Below, one piece after another: positions 46,117 to 60,400 of a stretch of DNA of 64,000 nucleotides. The stretch is from Oikopleura dioica (lineage: Eukaryota; Animalia; Chordata): the NCBI GenBank assembly GCA_907165135.1, contig OU015566.1, positions 12,400,001 through 12,464,000 of the forward strand, read 5' to 3'. The notes below the pieces were generated by a model that worked only from the letters and a program-made list of their open reading frames with translations, made no database searches and had not been told where the DNA came from. The number at the start of each line of letters is the position of its first letter. The stretch's first letter is position 1. The translations under genes and the position numbers were made by a program.

Positions 46117-49100
46117 TTTTAAGTTTTTTTTCTGCTGTAAGCTGTTTGTTTGTCTGAATCTCCTACTGGTCCAGTTCGGTTTTATGAAAAAAGGATCGCG
46201 CGCCGCGCTCCCCCGCGCTCAAGCGCCACCGGGTGATCGAGAAGCCCAGATTTTTACTGTTATCTGATGATTTCGAAGCGAGCAGGAAACCTGAGCCTAA
46301 GAACGATGTAATCATCTGATCAATACAGGTCAACGTAATGCATGTAATCCGCAAAATAAGCGAGCAGAAAATCCACAGGACAAATTCTAGCGAGAAATGA
46401 CTGACCTGGTAATTTTTGGGCTGAAAAGATTGCTGGTAATTTTGAGCTGTGTAAACAAAAATACTTCTTGCATTTCAACAGGCAATTAAAAATTCTCCAT
46501 CGCTTTTTAGACCAACAACCTTACTAATAGTTGAAGTTTCTTTTAGACTTCAGAAAAACTAACAGCGTAAAACTAATCGCACCTGTTCCTTCCTGAATAG
46601 CTCACTGATTCAGATTTAGCCCGGCTCAGAAAACAAACGATCAGCATGGGCAGTCAGTGAGATTCAAGCTGAGAAAATAATGCAAACGATATTAGATGAA
46701 TAAAGATCTTCAAACGAGTATTTTTGTTTTTCTTTCTTTGTTGCAGTGTTTCAGCGTCTCAGTAGGCGTCTACTGTCGATACAGAAGGTGGAGGAAGGAT
46801 TAGGCTGACAGTGATCAGAGGAAATGGCTTGAAAGCCCGTCTGTCCCGTTTATTTAACCGGAAGAAACCCCAGCGCTAGAATGCTACTCTTCCAATCTGC
46901 TTCAGCTCTTTCAATACCAGGGCGGCGGATCTAACCGCTTAGGCATTTCGGCAGCTCAAAATTTTGAAAAGCAAAGGGACAAAGTCAGCAAGCTGAATCG
47001 ATGGGAAAATCACCAAGAAGTGTTTTGAAAATGAAATTTTCGCGGATTACTGTTTGTACCAAAAACAATTGCAAGGAATTAAAGTAGAGGCATTTTGGAG
47101 AAAACGAGGATTAGGGTAGATTGGACAGCATTTGAAGTTGCAAAGAGGGAGGTAGGACCATTTCGAGGAAGGCAATCTTGGAACACTTTTTCAGCGGAAG
47201 AAATCTAGGTCCGATAAAAAGAAGTGCAAATAATGGAGTGGGCTGGAGTCCGAACCAGCATAATATTTGGTTCGTAATTGAGCTTCCTGCTGGGCTATGC
47301 GTGAGAATACACGCGTAAATCAGCAGCATAAGTTCTTTTACAAATTGGGTCGGTTCGAACTTTTTTTCGCGAAAGGTGCGAAGTTCTATTTTTAGCGCTG
47401 CAAAAAGTTCAAATTCGATGCTCATTTCAGTTCAAGATTTAGTTCGATTCTCGCTTCTTAATTTATTCTCAAGTCGCAAATTCCGGAAATGATTGAATTG
47501 AATCTAAAGTCGGTCGAAGATCAGATAGATGGATTTTTACCCAGAATCGGAAGGGCGGAAATGTGCAGGTGCTGCGCGGATCAGGAGCTTTGATTCGGGA
47601 ATGACCTCTCATCCGATTTATGGCCTTGTGCAAGCAAGTTCCGACACACCTTGCATTTATGAAAATGGCGACTTTATGGCTCCCAGATGTAGCTTTGAAA
47701 TAGTGGTTTCTTCCTAGAGCAAAATTTCTAACAGAAACAAATCTTAATTATTGTCAATATAATTCTTGTAGCTAGTGTTTCGATCGATCTTGCTTTTCTG
47801 AGTCTTTTAGTAGTAAATTTAGACTTCCAAGGCGCTAAATAGACATTTTTATTTGAAAAAGAGACGGCCTAAAGTATCTTTTTCTTTTGAAAATCCTCGA
47901 AAAAAATAATGAGCGTATTTGATTTTCGACTACTTTGTGTACTGGAAATGGATTAACAATGTTTCCTCTGTAAAATCACGTGAGAAGATTTCGCCCGTTT
48001 CCGATTTGCGCCCGGCTGAGCTGATCAAAAGACGATTTCGTCGCGGATATTTTCGAGGAAACGAATTTATGCGGAAATCGTTGGGGGAGTTTATGACTTG
48101 GGCGAGAAATCGCTGAGAAAGTCATATTCCCGAAATTCACGTTGTAAATCAAAGCTATTGAATTTTATATTAGCAGGATACTATCGGGTCGGAAAATTTA
48201 TGGCTCCAACGTCCAAAATCAAAGCTGAGGGCTCTTCTTCCCTTTTCGGCCCTTTGAGACTGTTTCAAAATGAACCACTTCTCTTCTTCTCACTTGCAAA
48301 GTGCAACCGTAATTGACCGCTTATTTGAGCATCATACAGAAAGTTTCTCTTTTTTACCATTTTATTTGTCTCTCAATTGTGGCTCCACGCGATCTGATGA
48401 CCTGAATTTGCAATCGCGATCTAAACACTCGAATTATCATCAATTCTCTTTCGCAAAAGTCGATGATGACAATGAAAGATGGCCCAGATTATCGAAAATT
48501 ATTACGAAAAAAAAGTTCAAAGAACGGAAGATCTGAGAGGGGTCAAAAATTCACACTTGTTGTTTTTAAACTTTTCCAATTGCTCTCTATCAGAATTTCT
48601 GATAAAAAACCAAATTTGAATGAAAAAACGTGAGTTTTATTAAGGGGGTTGTAGTCGCTTTTTGCGATTTCGGGTATTTTTGAACAGCCCTCAGTGAAAT
48701 TTCGGCTGAGGTTGAAGGGTAAAAATTATTTCAGTAGACAGGTTGAACCCTTTTCTAAAGTTGCTATCCCAGAAAAAAAAATTTTCTCGCCCGCTTAAGG
48801 AGCTAGGGTGCCGTATTCACACTCCGACCTCGCGAAATAGCAATTTTGGCCTATTTTCAAACACGTTTAAATTTGTAAAAAACTTGAAAAAAATTTTTAC
48901 CAAATATATTTTTGAGAAGCTTATTCATTCGTCCTCAGTTGCCACCCAAGGAAATTAACCAACTCAAAAAAGTCATTATGTAAAACCTTCGGTCAAAAAA
49001 TGGGTCTCAAAAATCAAAATATCTCGAGGGAGGATAAATCAAAATGGACAGAATTTCATTTTTATCTGTTTTTAACTGCATGAAAATACTATTTACAAAT

Positions 49101-49322
49101 GATTTATATAATCTCTTGACTTGAAAAAAGACTACATGCACACGAATTTTGGCTCAGCGCGGCGCATCATTGCCACGTATTGAAATTTAAAATCGATTTT
49201 TCGGCACTTTTGATTGGCGGAGAGAAAAAAAAGTAGGGACCTTTTTTGTTTGTCTTTTGTTGGGCTATCAGAATCTGAAAAGAAAATTCGGAAATTCCGA
49301 CTTTCGCCAAACCGACTACAAC

Positions 49323-50760
49323 TTAACGTAGAGCGAGTATCACGTGAGCGAATTTCAAAGTAGTGATAATTTCGCGGAAGTACTTTGTGACCCAGTCGCT
49401 GCGGTCTCCGCTTCTACTCAACCTTTCTATCAGCGTTTCCTCAGCAAAATCAGGTTCAGCGACCCCAAAATTAAACTTCCAAGATATCAAATAAGCAAAA
49501 GGGCTCATTTCTTCATCATTTAGAATTGACCTAGCGTTCTAAAAATGACTCCTTCAAAAACAGAATGCGACCTGAGATTCCAACCTTCAATTAAGGTACT
49601 TTCTTCACGTTTATCTTTGTTTTGGTTTGAGGATTGTTAAGTTAGCAAACAGAGTAAAAAATATGAAGGAAATTGTCCAAGAGGGTGTTGTCTGCTACGA
49701 AATTCTGTTGAGGCTTTTGAGATACAGTTGCTTCTTTTTCCGCGATTTCTAAAAATTGGACTCACTTTGTTTTTCGTGTTTTATGCATTAAACGTACCTG
49801 ATATTGCTTTTCTCTACACCAGCCACACGTACAGAGCAAAGCGAAAAACACCAGTACTCCAAGAAGCACCTCAAGAATAATATCATTTATTTGAAAGATG
49901 ATGATGGCCATCTATAAATAAAAGGAAGCGCGGAGGAAATTTAAGAGGTGGAGTTTTTCTAATATTTAAAATAAAGTCGCTATTTTTCTTAAAAAAAATC
50001 CCTATTTTTTCTGAAAAACTGCGGAAATGTTGTGTCATAAGGAGTTGTTTAAGTCTTTCCGGAACTTGCTCCGAAATTTGAGCTTTATTGGTTCTTCAGC
50101 TTTCGCCATAAAAATTCCTCTAATCTACCGCTCTTACCGCTCCTTGAAGCAATCCAGGTTCATATTCTAGCACTATGATCCACGTTGAGTAATATTTGAC
50201 ATTGTCGACTTCGTGGAAATAGAAGCCCTCGTCTCCTAACTGAATGTCGTTGATCGTTATGTCTGAAATCAGTTCATAAAAGCCTGGTCACTCGTTTTCG
50301 TATGAGTTTGGCGACAGAAGAGGAAGCAGTAAATTTTCAGCGGACTAAATTCTTCCGCTGCGGAGAGAGATTTAGTAACCCCGGTTCTCATCAATCCCTC
50401 AAAAGCAAACTTACCAATTTGTTCGAAGCCAGGTTCAAAAACGCAACCGGAAGTTCTCTCGACTTTAAAACGATCAGTTGAGTTTCCGAGGGAGTCGTAG
50501 AATTCGTAATTGCCTTCTTCTTTGTCAAGAAAAGTCGTCACTAGAAAAAGATTAGAGAAATAAATCAAAAGATGTTAAGGGTATCACCTCTTGTCCGATG
50601 CTTAAATCCAGTGGAGTTATTATATGGCATGTAAAAGAGCGTGAAATTTGTCCAGCGGTCATGAATACAGCAGGTAATTATGGCACTAAAATATCATTTT
50701 GACTAAAAAAAATATTTAAAAAAAATACATACCTTGACCCGATTTTTTGTTCAATAAAAC
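49323..50760 (-). CDS. Hypothetical single-pass membrane protein with Ig-like ectodomain (exon structure only partly resolved)
   Basis: Exon-like segments IKWYPSS.., TINDIQLGDEGFYF (DxGxY), hydrophobic ILEVLLGVLVFFALLCTCGWC, and terminal exon ..WVTKYFREIITTLKFAHVILALR*. Confidence 0.4.
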
Positions 50761-52796
50761 CATGTACAGATGAGGGATACCATTTGATAGTGGAGCTCCA
50801 AGCGCGCGAATTAAATAAACACAAAATTGCTAATCATTAAAGAAATAATATTCAAGGTCGCCTGCTTACCGATAAATCTATAAAGGGCATTCATACTTTT
50901 TCTCTCAATTCTTCTTCATTTCAGAATTCTTCCATGCCCTCCGCGGGCTCATATGACCTCAATTCTCTACCACGTTCGCCCCGAATTCTCTCCGCAACTT
51001 TATCTTAACAAATCAGCAATGCGTTAATTATAATAATTGTCAGCTGCCTGGTAGTCAAAATCCCACAGAATAGTATAGCGCTATCAGCTAATAACTACAA
51101 AAACGGCTCGTGGAAAAATTTGCAGGTTATTAACTCGTTCGAGATTTATAGCGCCGAAACAGCCAGCTATAAAAAGTGGTCTTAGTCGACTTTTTGGTTC
51201 AAGTTTAGTTGAAAATCCCGAGAAAGAGATACAGTAGTTCAGATACGGTATTTGAAAGTGAGCTTCAAATTTGTTTTACGCCTTTTCCCGAAAAAAACAC
51301 GTGTTTTACGAATTTCAAAAGGCAGGTAAACTTGCTAAGTTTAGTCACTTATTCAGAAACGGAAAGCTAGAAAAATTGCACTCCACTCAAAATTCAACAC
51401 CCTGACTCAGAGCTAAAAGGGCTCTTGAAAAATGACTCGCAAGAAAGAATGAATGATAGTCTATCATTGAATGATAGATGCTTGACGTTTTTCGAGTACT
51501 CGTATTAACGTATACTTACGAAATCTATCCGTTTTCTCAGTTTTGCTCTACTTTTTACTAATACTCTTCCTTTTAGTGTTCGCCTGTCTCTGAAACAATA
51601 AACGGCTTCCTCACAAAGCGTTGCTTTAAAAATGGCATCGCTGTCACTTCGAAAAAAAAATCCAGCGGAAAGTTAGCCGACGTTTTGCTGACTCGTTGCT
51701 GTCTCTCTTTTCTCAATTAATGCGAATTTGTCAGGCTCACTCCATCATACTAAGCGTGTTCGGATAATTGTTGGGCAATTAGGCCAGCTACACTAAAGAA
51801 TCTCAGCTTGTTACGGCAGGATCTTATGTTTATAGAGCCAGCAAAACTATAAACGACTGACGGCGTAATCCCAGGACCTTATCATCTTCTTTTATCGACC
51901 AATATTTCTGTCGCCGAGGATTAACAAAAAATATTTTTTCGTCAATTTTTTACAACTCTATTTAAAATTTATTAACGAACCATTATTCTAATCGCTTGAA
52001 TTTCTCCTACCACGATTTATTTACCTTGAAGCCTGACCTATATAAATATACCACGAAAATGGCTCTATAACATTTTTTCTCTTGTCCGCGATTTTAGTTT
52101 TCTTGCCAAGCTCAAGAAGCTGTGAGAAAAGCTAAAGGTCGTTAAGGGGATAGTGATCGATAGTGTGTCGGATCAGCGTCAATGCATAAAAAAGCTTATT
52201 CATAATCGTAAGGATACCCTCAGCGTCATCTTCTCTTAGAAGGTTCTTAGACAAAGGGCCCCTTGTCACTATGGATTTTTAGCCAACCCGCGATACAAAA
52301 AATGTCATAACCATGACTTACTTGCTTATTTTTTATCTTTCCCTATTTGAGGGTCGACTTTCTGCTTGACTATTTCGAGCTTAACGTGGTGCCACCCTTT
52401 TTTCATCGTAGGTCAGTTTTTCTTTCGAACATATCTCTAGGAGCTATGAAAGTATTCTTGTCAAATCAAAGTCGTCAAAAAGTCAGTCTGTCCTCTGAGC
52501 GCTATGCGTTGCGCCTTACAGAGCCATTTTTAATCATGGTCGACATGTTTGAATCAGATCTAACGCCTAATTTCATCAAATATCAGTCGAGTTCGCAAGC
52601 CTTATGTAAGGTCGATACTAGTTAAACTATAAGGCTTAACCCCTGGGTAAATCAGATGAAGGACACAGTTGTTGTTTTTTTTGTTTTGAATATTTTTTTG
52701 GGTTTTATTTTAGTTTTATACACAGACATGAATGGAACTATTCAAACAGGAATTTAAAAAAGGGAGAATTGAAAATTTTGTGCGTTTTTCACAAAA

Positions 52797-53551
52797 TTAG
52801 CAAGTGAATGGTCGGTTCTTTGGCTCAACCCATCCGAGGCCGAATTTCTTGTGGTCTTCGTATCGGAAGCATCGAGCGTAACCGGTGACACTGCCGTTGT
52901 CGCACTGGAATCGGCATCGGTTCATCTTTTCCCATCTTCGTTTCATCTGGCAGTCCCAGGTTCCTGCGCCTGGTTCTCGGCCGAGGAGCTGGGTAGCATC
53001 GCAGGAATCGGCGACGGGTCGCTCGATGCAGGATGGGCAGAGTTCGCCAATGAGGAGGTTGGCCTTCTCGTCGGCTTCTTTGAATTCTAAAGGGAAATAT
53101 AAATAAGGGAATTCGATTTTGAATATTTTGCCAAATCAAAAATTTTTCTCTTTGTGAATATCTCTGATAACTTACCAACGTTGATGTCGATTCGTCGATC
53201 GCCAGGGTTGAAGGTGTTCTGGAAGTCGACTCGCCACATTTGGTATCCCTCGTCGGTTGAGGCCATCTCGACGGCTGGAGAAGCAGCTGGTCCGGCAGCC
53301 TTGACGAAGCTGACATCGTTGTCGAAGGTGAGGAAGACGTGGTCCTGGTTGTCCCAGAGAGCACCGACGGCGCCGAGTTTGTTCAAATCGACTTCGATTC
53401 GGAGATTGAAGCAATCTTTGCAGGTCCAGGCGTTGGTCCTGGTGATCTTTGGTGTGATATTGGCGCAGAAGCTTGGTTTACCGGCGGCGGCGCAGGCGTC
53501 CATTCGGACTGTGGCATCGGCAGCAGCTGCGAGAAGGGCAAAAAGCTTCAT
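52797..53551 (-). CDS. Small secreted protein with CBM2-like N-domain and sushi-like C-domain (oikosin-like)
   Basis: Signal MKLFALLAAAADA; two exons (intron ~53089-53174); strong C-ending codon bias; Trp/Cys pattern CANITPKITRTNAW..WDNQDHVFLTFD and C..WDC..CRFQC..C..GW..C. Confidence 0.75.
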
Positions 53552-53610
53552 TTTTTTCTATTTGCTATATCGTATCGATATGAATATGATTTACGGAGAG
53601 TGAAGAGCGC

Positions 53611-53706
53611 TTTTATAGCGCGCAACGGCGCGATGCATGGGGCGCCACCAAATGCGAAGTCCGCGATTTGGTGCTGCACCACCAGCGATGCATGCGCCGC
53701 GATTTG
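53611..53706 (-). promoter_or_regulatory. TATA box plus repeated upstream motifs of the CBM2-like gene
   Basis: CTATAAAA on the - strand at 53611-53618; GCGATGCATG at 53630 and 53685; CCGCGATTTG at 53661 and 53697. Confidence 0.55.
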
Positions 53707-53852
53707 AGAGGGTGACCTGTTGGCACCCCCGCTGACCGCGCACTTGTGATTCTCTGACCATGATTGATATACTTTGTGGGCTTTTCTAGTTAAATAATGA
53801 GAAAAAATGATGATGGAGAATATTCATTTCATCATAAAATAAAAGCCAAAAT

Positions 53853-56800
53853 TTATTTGACAGATAATTTATTGAACTGAGCAACAACAAGATTTTTATC
53901 AAAAGCAATCGCCATATCTCGCGCACTTCTTCCCAGATTATTTTGAACATCTGGATCGGCACCATTTTCAAGTAAAACCTAAAATTCTCTTTTTGAAAAT
54001 AGAATTGATGCTTTCCAGTACCTGGACTAATTTAGCGTTATTATTGATTGTGGCTTGCATGAGTGGGGTTTTTCCTTCATCGTCAGTGATGGAAACATCG
54101 GCGCCGGCGTCGATTAAAGCTAGAATTTTCCTCAGTGAAGGGCAAAACATGAGGGTGTCAAAAATACGGAGGAAAAGTCTCAAATGTTGATCAAACGAAA
54201 TATTGATTTTCATAGTAAGAGAAGTCTAAGATATGTCTGAAAAGACAAGCTAATGGGTGGTTGATGCCAGTAGAAAAAATATCGTTAGAATGGTAATGTT
54301 ACCTTGTGCAACATCAGGAGATCCAGTAACACTGGCAAGTCGGAAAATCGGCGTCCACTAGAAAAAAAGTTCATTCAGAAGAGGAATCTTGAAAGGTTAT
54401 GTTTTTGTAAACAATTGAAAATTGTTTCCTGCTGATTTCTTAATTAGTAATAGAAAGAAGGGAAGATTGAATTAGGGAAGTAATTTTCGATAATGTTACG
54501 ATGTAATTAGCTCGGAGAAGCCACACGGGTTTGCCAGTAAGAAGGGAAAGAAAAATCACTATTCACGAGTTTGTTCGAAACTTGGGCGGACAACTGTTTT
54601 GACATGAAGTGGTTGAACTTCGCTCTCACGTTATGCAACGACACATCCCAGAAAAATTGAATTACAGAAGTCAAGTGAATTACTTCAAGTCAAGTTTAGA
54701 GGACTTAGACAGGAATTTTCGGACGTTCGTGCGAAAGGATGAAAAATCGCATGAGAGTCGTAAAGTTTATTAGAATTCGATTTACGGCGAGCGATACCGT
54801 AATTTTCGACTTATCCAATTTTTAAATTCTACGGCATTTAACCATCAAAGCCCGAGATTTGCGAAAAATGCTCTCTAAAACTAATAAAAATGACGATTTT
54901 TTTTTTATTTTTCCAATTTTATTTTAAAAAAATATTTTTTTACCTGAGAATTGGCGTCAAGAGCATTAACATCGCAATCATATTCTTCACCAGAATTCCC
55001 ATTTTTTGCTGATTAAAAATTCATGTTCCACTTTCAGAAACATTCGAACTAGCTATTTTTTCTCGCTATCTTTGCAAAAATGCACCATGTGAACCTCGCC
55101 CGTTATTTTACAAGTGGCTCGTACGTAAGTGATTTTTTAAAATCTAGAGCAATTTGCACCGTGCCCTTGCTCGTGCATTTCAGTATTTATGTCGCGAAGA
55201 AATTCTTCCGCCAGCTGAGCATTAATTTTAGAATATCCTCTTTTTGGCCTCCTTAATTTTTGAACTTTTCTTATTCAATATTTCGCTCAAGCAATCAATC
55301 AAAAATGTGATGGAGCTTTGGAGGAAGTGGGAAAGGAAAATCCGGTCCTATGAGTCGTTTGACGATGGATACTTTTAACAGGTTCACCATCATAATTTAG
55401 CTCAAGTACGATTTTCGCGGGATTGAGCGGATGAACAACGACTTTTATACCGCGTCATGCTTTTTGAGACCCCCCCCCGTATGTCAAGCGAAAGAAAACG
55501 GTAACTCATCGGCGTGATTGAATTTCAAGCGCTGCCTGGAGAAAGTGGCAGCCACCACGAAACGTTTTTTGGTGAACCGCGTCCTGAGTTAGAATCGACT
55601 GCCCAGTGAAGAGGAGTAGACCCATCGCCGCCTTCTACACCAGCTCCTTCGTCCATTAGTCTAATTGCAACTTCTTCGTGTCCTAAAGAATACTTTCTGA
55701 ATAAACACCCTCACGTTTCGGAGCAATCTTTTATTTAGACGTAAATTATCTTCAACAATCGTGGTAATAATCGACTCAGCAAATAATCGCCGTAAAAATA
55801 TCGGTTCAGCGACCTGAATGTTCTAAAAACAACACCTTGCTCGCTATAAAAATAAAGTGGCTAGAGGTAGTTTTCACAAGTGGCGAATTTTAAGAAGATA
55901 AGAGTGGTCAGAAACGTAGTATGATCTCAAAATTCATCCATCTCAATTCGCCCTTCACGTTTTGACAGAAGTCTATTTGTAATAACTCACTCTGTGTTTT
56001 GCACAGTGTTCAGCGAAATATTTTGAGAATATTCAAAACCTAAGCAATTCCTGAAAATTATCATTTGACCTCGAAATATACAAGCGTCCCAGATTTTTGC
56101 TGAATACGACGATTATTGATAAGAAAATTCAAATCGAGCAGAGGATATTGAACAATTTTTCACGAAAGACTCGATTGGTGACCTTTTTGGTTGATTCTGC
56201 GGTCTTGATTGGCATGTAAACAGGTCCAAAGAAGAAAGTTTGGATTTCAGACTTGCTCATGTCTGCCAGACAAATTAATCGGGATTCAAAGTCACTTTGG
56301 CTGCGTAGAAATGAATAGTTCTTGTAATACATTTCCTGCTTTTGAGTACCAAGAGACACTTAGAATATGATTTATGCAATGCTTTTTAGCATCAATCGAA
56401 ACACATAAGATTTCTAATCTAATAATTTTAGCTTGAAAAGTGTCTGCAGCTGAGCGTACCTGATTGACACGCGAGCATGAGCGCCGTCTTTCCGGAAGGA
56501 TTTTGAAGGTCCAAATCAGGATCATACTCTTTAAGGGATGTTTCAAGTTAATAAGAAAAGCTAATCAATTCTTGGGGATTCGCGCTCCCGTGCCTAGAAG
56601 ACAGTCCAGACATTCCAGCGCGTTGTACGCAGCGGCCGCCATCAAAGGGCTGAATCCGAGCTCATCAACGACGTCCAAATCCACGTTTTTCTCGATCGTA
56701 AGAATCGTTCGCACTTTAACAGCGTCGTCGCGTTTGATTGCTAAAAACATCGACCTCAGAAATTGTGTAAAATCATTTTTCACATATGCTTCGTAAAACC

Positions 56801-57497
56801 GCAAATTACGGATAAAACGGTGTTGTCGACTTCCTCCGGAATAGAGATTCTATTATCGAGTATTACAAAATTTTGCGCTATCTTTAGATGTCAAAATTTA
56901 TTGATGGTCTAACCTTTATTTATGTCGCCAACTCCAATAGGTGGCTTTGTCGTGCAGATTTTCACCCATTCTGACTCTTTAGAACCTTCTTTTCTTCAAA
57001 CTGGTTTTCATTTCTGGCGCTAGAATCAAACAGGCTTGAAATTAGGGCTCAAAATTAATATTTTCATTCAATTATTCGCGTTTTTTTCGTCTTGATGGTC
57101 AAAAATTAAGCCCTATTGCAAGACCATATCAAATTATAAATGAAACCAGTTCCCGTCGAATTCGATCTTGATCCTAAAATGATAGCCCGTTGTGCTTTCT
57201 AGCTCCGCAGCTGAATAGAATTTGTATTTCGAGCGCTTTCGATGCACGTGACTCCTGTCAAAAGTCACATAAAGAGCTACAATTATGTCTACCAAGCTGA
57301 TTTTATCACTGACAAATGAGGCTGTTTCCTCTACATCCTGGATTACACGATGTTCTAAAATCGTAGCACTGGAAGTGACCTTTGTCTAATAGACATGGAA
57401 GATTACCTAATGTTTCGTTGTTGAAGCCAGAGTAGACAAGTTCGATCGTATCATCCTTTTTTCGCTGAATAATGTACCGAAAGGGATCAACAATCAA
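53853..57497 (-). CDS. FANK1: Fibronectin type III and ankyrin repeat protein 1-like; 5' end uncertain
   Basis: Spliced ankyrin repeats [83 protein letters not shown] and [24 protein letters not shown] are colinear with FANK1. An FN3-like ELVYSGF segment lies upstream. Confidence 0.7.
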
Positions 57498-60400
57498 TTA
57501 TCAAATATTCTAAAATAGCAGCATAACGCTACTCGCGCAAATATTTTTAAACCCGGATGACATGATTCACAAGCTTTCGGATTACAATGCTTTGCTTATT
57601 TCAAGAATTTACATGTGACCAGTCCTTCTAAAACCAACACGGGCAATGAGATTGTCGAACCAAAGACTTAGCCATGTAATGATTGCAGAAAAAATTATCA
57701 TTGAAACATTATTTCAAAACAAATATAGCGTAAAGTTAACGTTGACTTGTTTTTCTTCCGGATCACCTTGTTTTTGGAAATAGAAATTATTATGTCGCTA
57801 CAAATAAATGATCTGTAGAACCGCCTTGTTTCTATGAAAAATTGAGGGCAAATAGCCCAAAATAGGGCTTGGAAATAATGCAGATTTTATTATACCAATC
57901 GATTATAATTTGATGTTTATAACTTCTTTGTCTTTCTGATTTGTCAAAATGATTGTAATAAATAGTGTTATAGGGTATATCCCTATTCGCTCTAGAAAAA
58001 TAAAAAAAAGAGCAGACCAACAAGTCGTCTTTTCTTCCTGATTAAAATTCACGAGCTCGGACTACCCTACTTTGGAAAGAGGATCTAAATAGTTGCGTCT
58101 TTCTCGCACGTTGAAAAAATCCGCGCTTAGTACGCAGAAAATTCAAATTCCACACCGCGCCCAAAATTTTTGGTTAGTTTTTCTCAGGTTCAAATCAGCG
58201 CCGCATGTTTGACCAAGATTGAATTGATCCCGTACGAGCTTGATGTTCGTATTTTCGAGCTTCTTCCATTTGATTTGGCACGAGTGGTGGGTCACCTAAA
58301 GAAAAAGTAGCCTTGTGGTTAAATCGGATTTGCAGGTACTTGATAGTTTTGAGCATTTTGAGATTGAAGAGATTGCTCTTATCTACTTCCATCTTTATGT
58401 AATTTTTCGAGAAATAGAAATTAAAAAAAAAACTGATTTTTGACAATGCTTTTCTTTTTGATTTTTTTATAAAGAGACACCCTTATTTATTCTGGGCCAG
58501 AATTTCTGGCCAAAATTTGAAGTATTGCTTCAGAAGCCTTTAATCAAAAAATAATCCCTTTGATCGGCAGGGGAAAAAGTAAGAGCACGTTCGAAAACGC
58601 TGATATACGCGGTTAGATAATCACCAGGGCAAGAAAAATATTTTCAATGAAAAGTGCTCGCGCGAACTTTCCTAGGTCAAAGTCGTTTCCTCGCTATCTT
58701 GGACTCTATCTTTTGGCGATCTATTTAGAGTTCCTTTCTTTTCAAAATAAAGAATAAAAACGTGATCAAGTAGAAAGAGGCTTAGATTTCATTAAAGTTT
58801 GGCTAGATCAGAATATGGAGTTTTCTATATTATGAAAACAGGAAAGAAAGGTTTGTGTGAGGGCATAAACATCATAGAAATGTTTTCTCGCGAGCTTCAA
58901 AAACGGCACTTTTCCGAGCCTTTTCGGAAGTTGCATGCTATCTCGAACCTTTATCACAAAGCTAGAGACTCAACTGTTGCGTTAGAAAAGGTTATCTCAT
59001 GCTCAAACACGTATTTATTACTGACTCACTGAAACGTAAATACAGATTGCATGAACAACAAACTCCCAGAGCCTCAAAAACAAATTTTGCGTGTTCGGAA
59101 TTTTTAGAAAGCTAGAAACTCCAGGAAGAACTTAAGTAAGGAGGCCCCTAATTTGAAATTTTAGTTTCGCATACCTCTGAAATGTCCAAACTCGGCGGCG
59201 TCGGAAGCTCCTCCTCAGACTGAGCACGTGTCGTTCCCAACATTCCTAAAAGACTTTCGAGTAATTGGAAAGGCCAAAGCCACGATATCTCCTATCTCGC
59301 GAATTATTGACGCTGTGGGGAAGACCTGTGGTTATCTAGATTTTTGAACATGCCCGAAACTATTTCAGTTTTGGTCAAAAGGGTTCAACTTTCAAATTCT
59401 TCTTTTGACATCGTAAATTATTTTTTTCTATTATTATATTATGGCTTTCTTATTCTTTACCTTCGTTAAAATCTTCAGTATGCTTTAGTTTTCTGTAATA
59501 ATCTCTCTTTTTTCAGTATAAAAAATTTTTAAGATCTGGCAAACAAAATTGAGGGATAAGTAAATTGAACTCAAGTGCCTCTTTTGTCCGAATAGGATCT
59601 TGACTTTAAAAGTGACCATTCCTCATTCACCCCATTTCTACTTGTTACTCAAACCTTGTAAGATCAGTGACATTCTTCTCTTGAACCCCATTTTCAATTT
59701 TTTTTCTTTCACTACTTATTTTTTGATGTAGGAAGTGTTGCTTTTCCCGTGGAATAGAAGCATTATTCATTAAAACTTGGAACTTGACTCGTTCTTTTGA
59801 AAGAATTGACCTTTATGTTCATCAAAGTAAAAATAAATAACACGCTGATCTCATGTCAAAAAGGCAAAAGCCCATCATGAAAATGGCAGATCTTTGGATC
59901 GTCAAAACAAACTTATTCTTGCGCTACTGCATAAACTCATAAACAACGACGCGTAGATTTAGTATGAGAGCATCTAAAAACGCTTCAAATTGCTTGAAAA
60001 ACTTTTTGTATGGCACTTTTTTGACATGACTTGAAAACTAAGCTTCCAGCTCAAGTACCTTGTTCTTGGGACTTTCAGGCAAGAACATAATTATGATTCT
60101 TTCAAGTAGCGCAGCATTCCAAGGTTTCGATTGGAATTTCTTGGGCTTGACATTTTTATAGAAGAAAGAAGAACCTAATATGCATTTTCTTCAGATTTAC
60201 AGAATCTTGAACTCATCCTGATTGTATCATGCGAAGTCCTAAAAAATATGCAATTTTCTTATGTAATTATTCCTGGAATGCGTTGTTAGGTCAGTTCAGG
60301 TACTCGAAAATGAATCGGCACGTGTTTCTTAATCAGCTATTTATCTTGGTACATAATTTGTAGGCACACAATATTATCTCCCAATAATGACAATGGTCCA

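Noticed and set aside
46300-47720. Short ORFs (104 aa on -, 62 aa on +) and a possible terminal exon at 46765-46880
   Set aside because: No homology cues or consistent splice chain.
48540-49120. AT-rich, MITE-like sequence with a small CCTCAG/CTGAGG inverted repeat
   Set aside because: No terminal inverted repeats or target-site duplication could be defined without a genome-wide search.
54945-55010. Odd FANK1 segment [12 protein letters not shown], suggesting compensating indels
   Set aside because: The frame is preserved, so divergence cannot be told apart from sequencing error.
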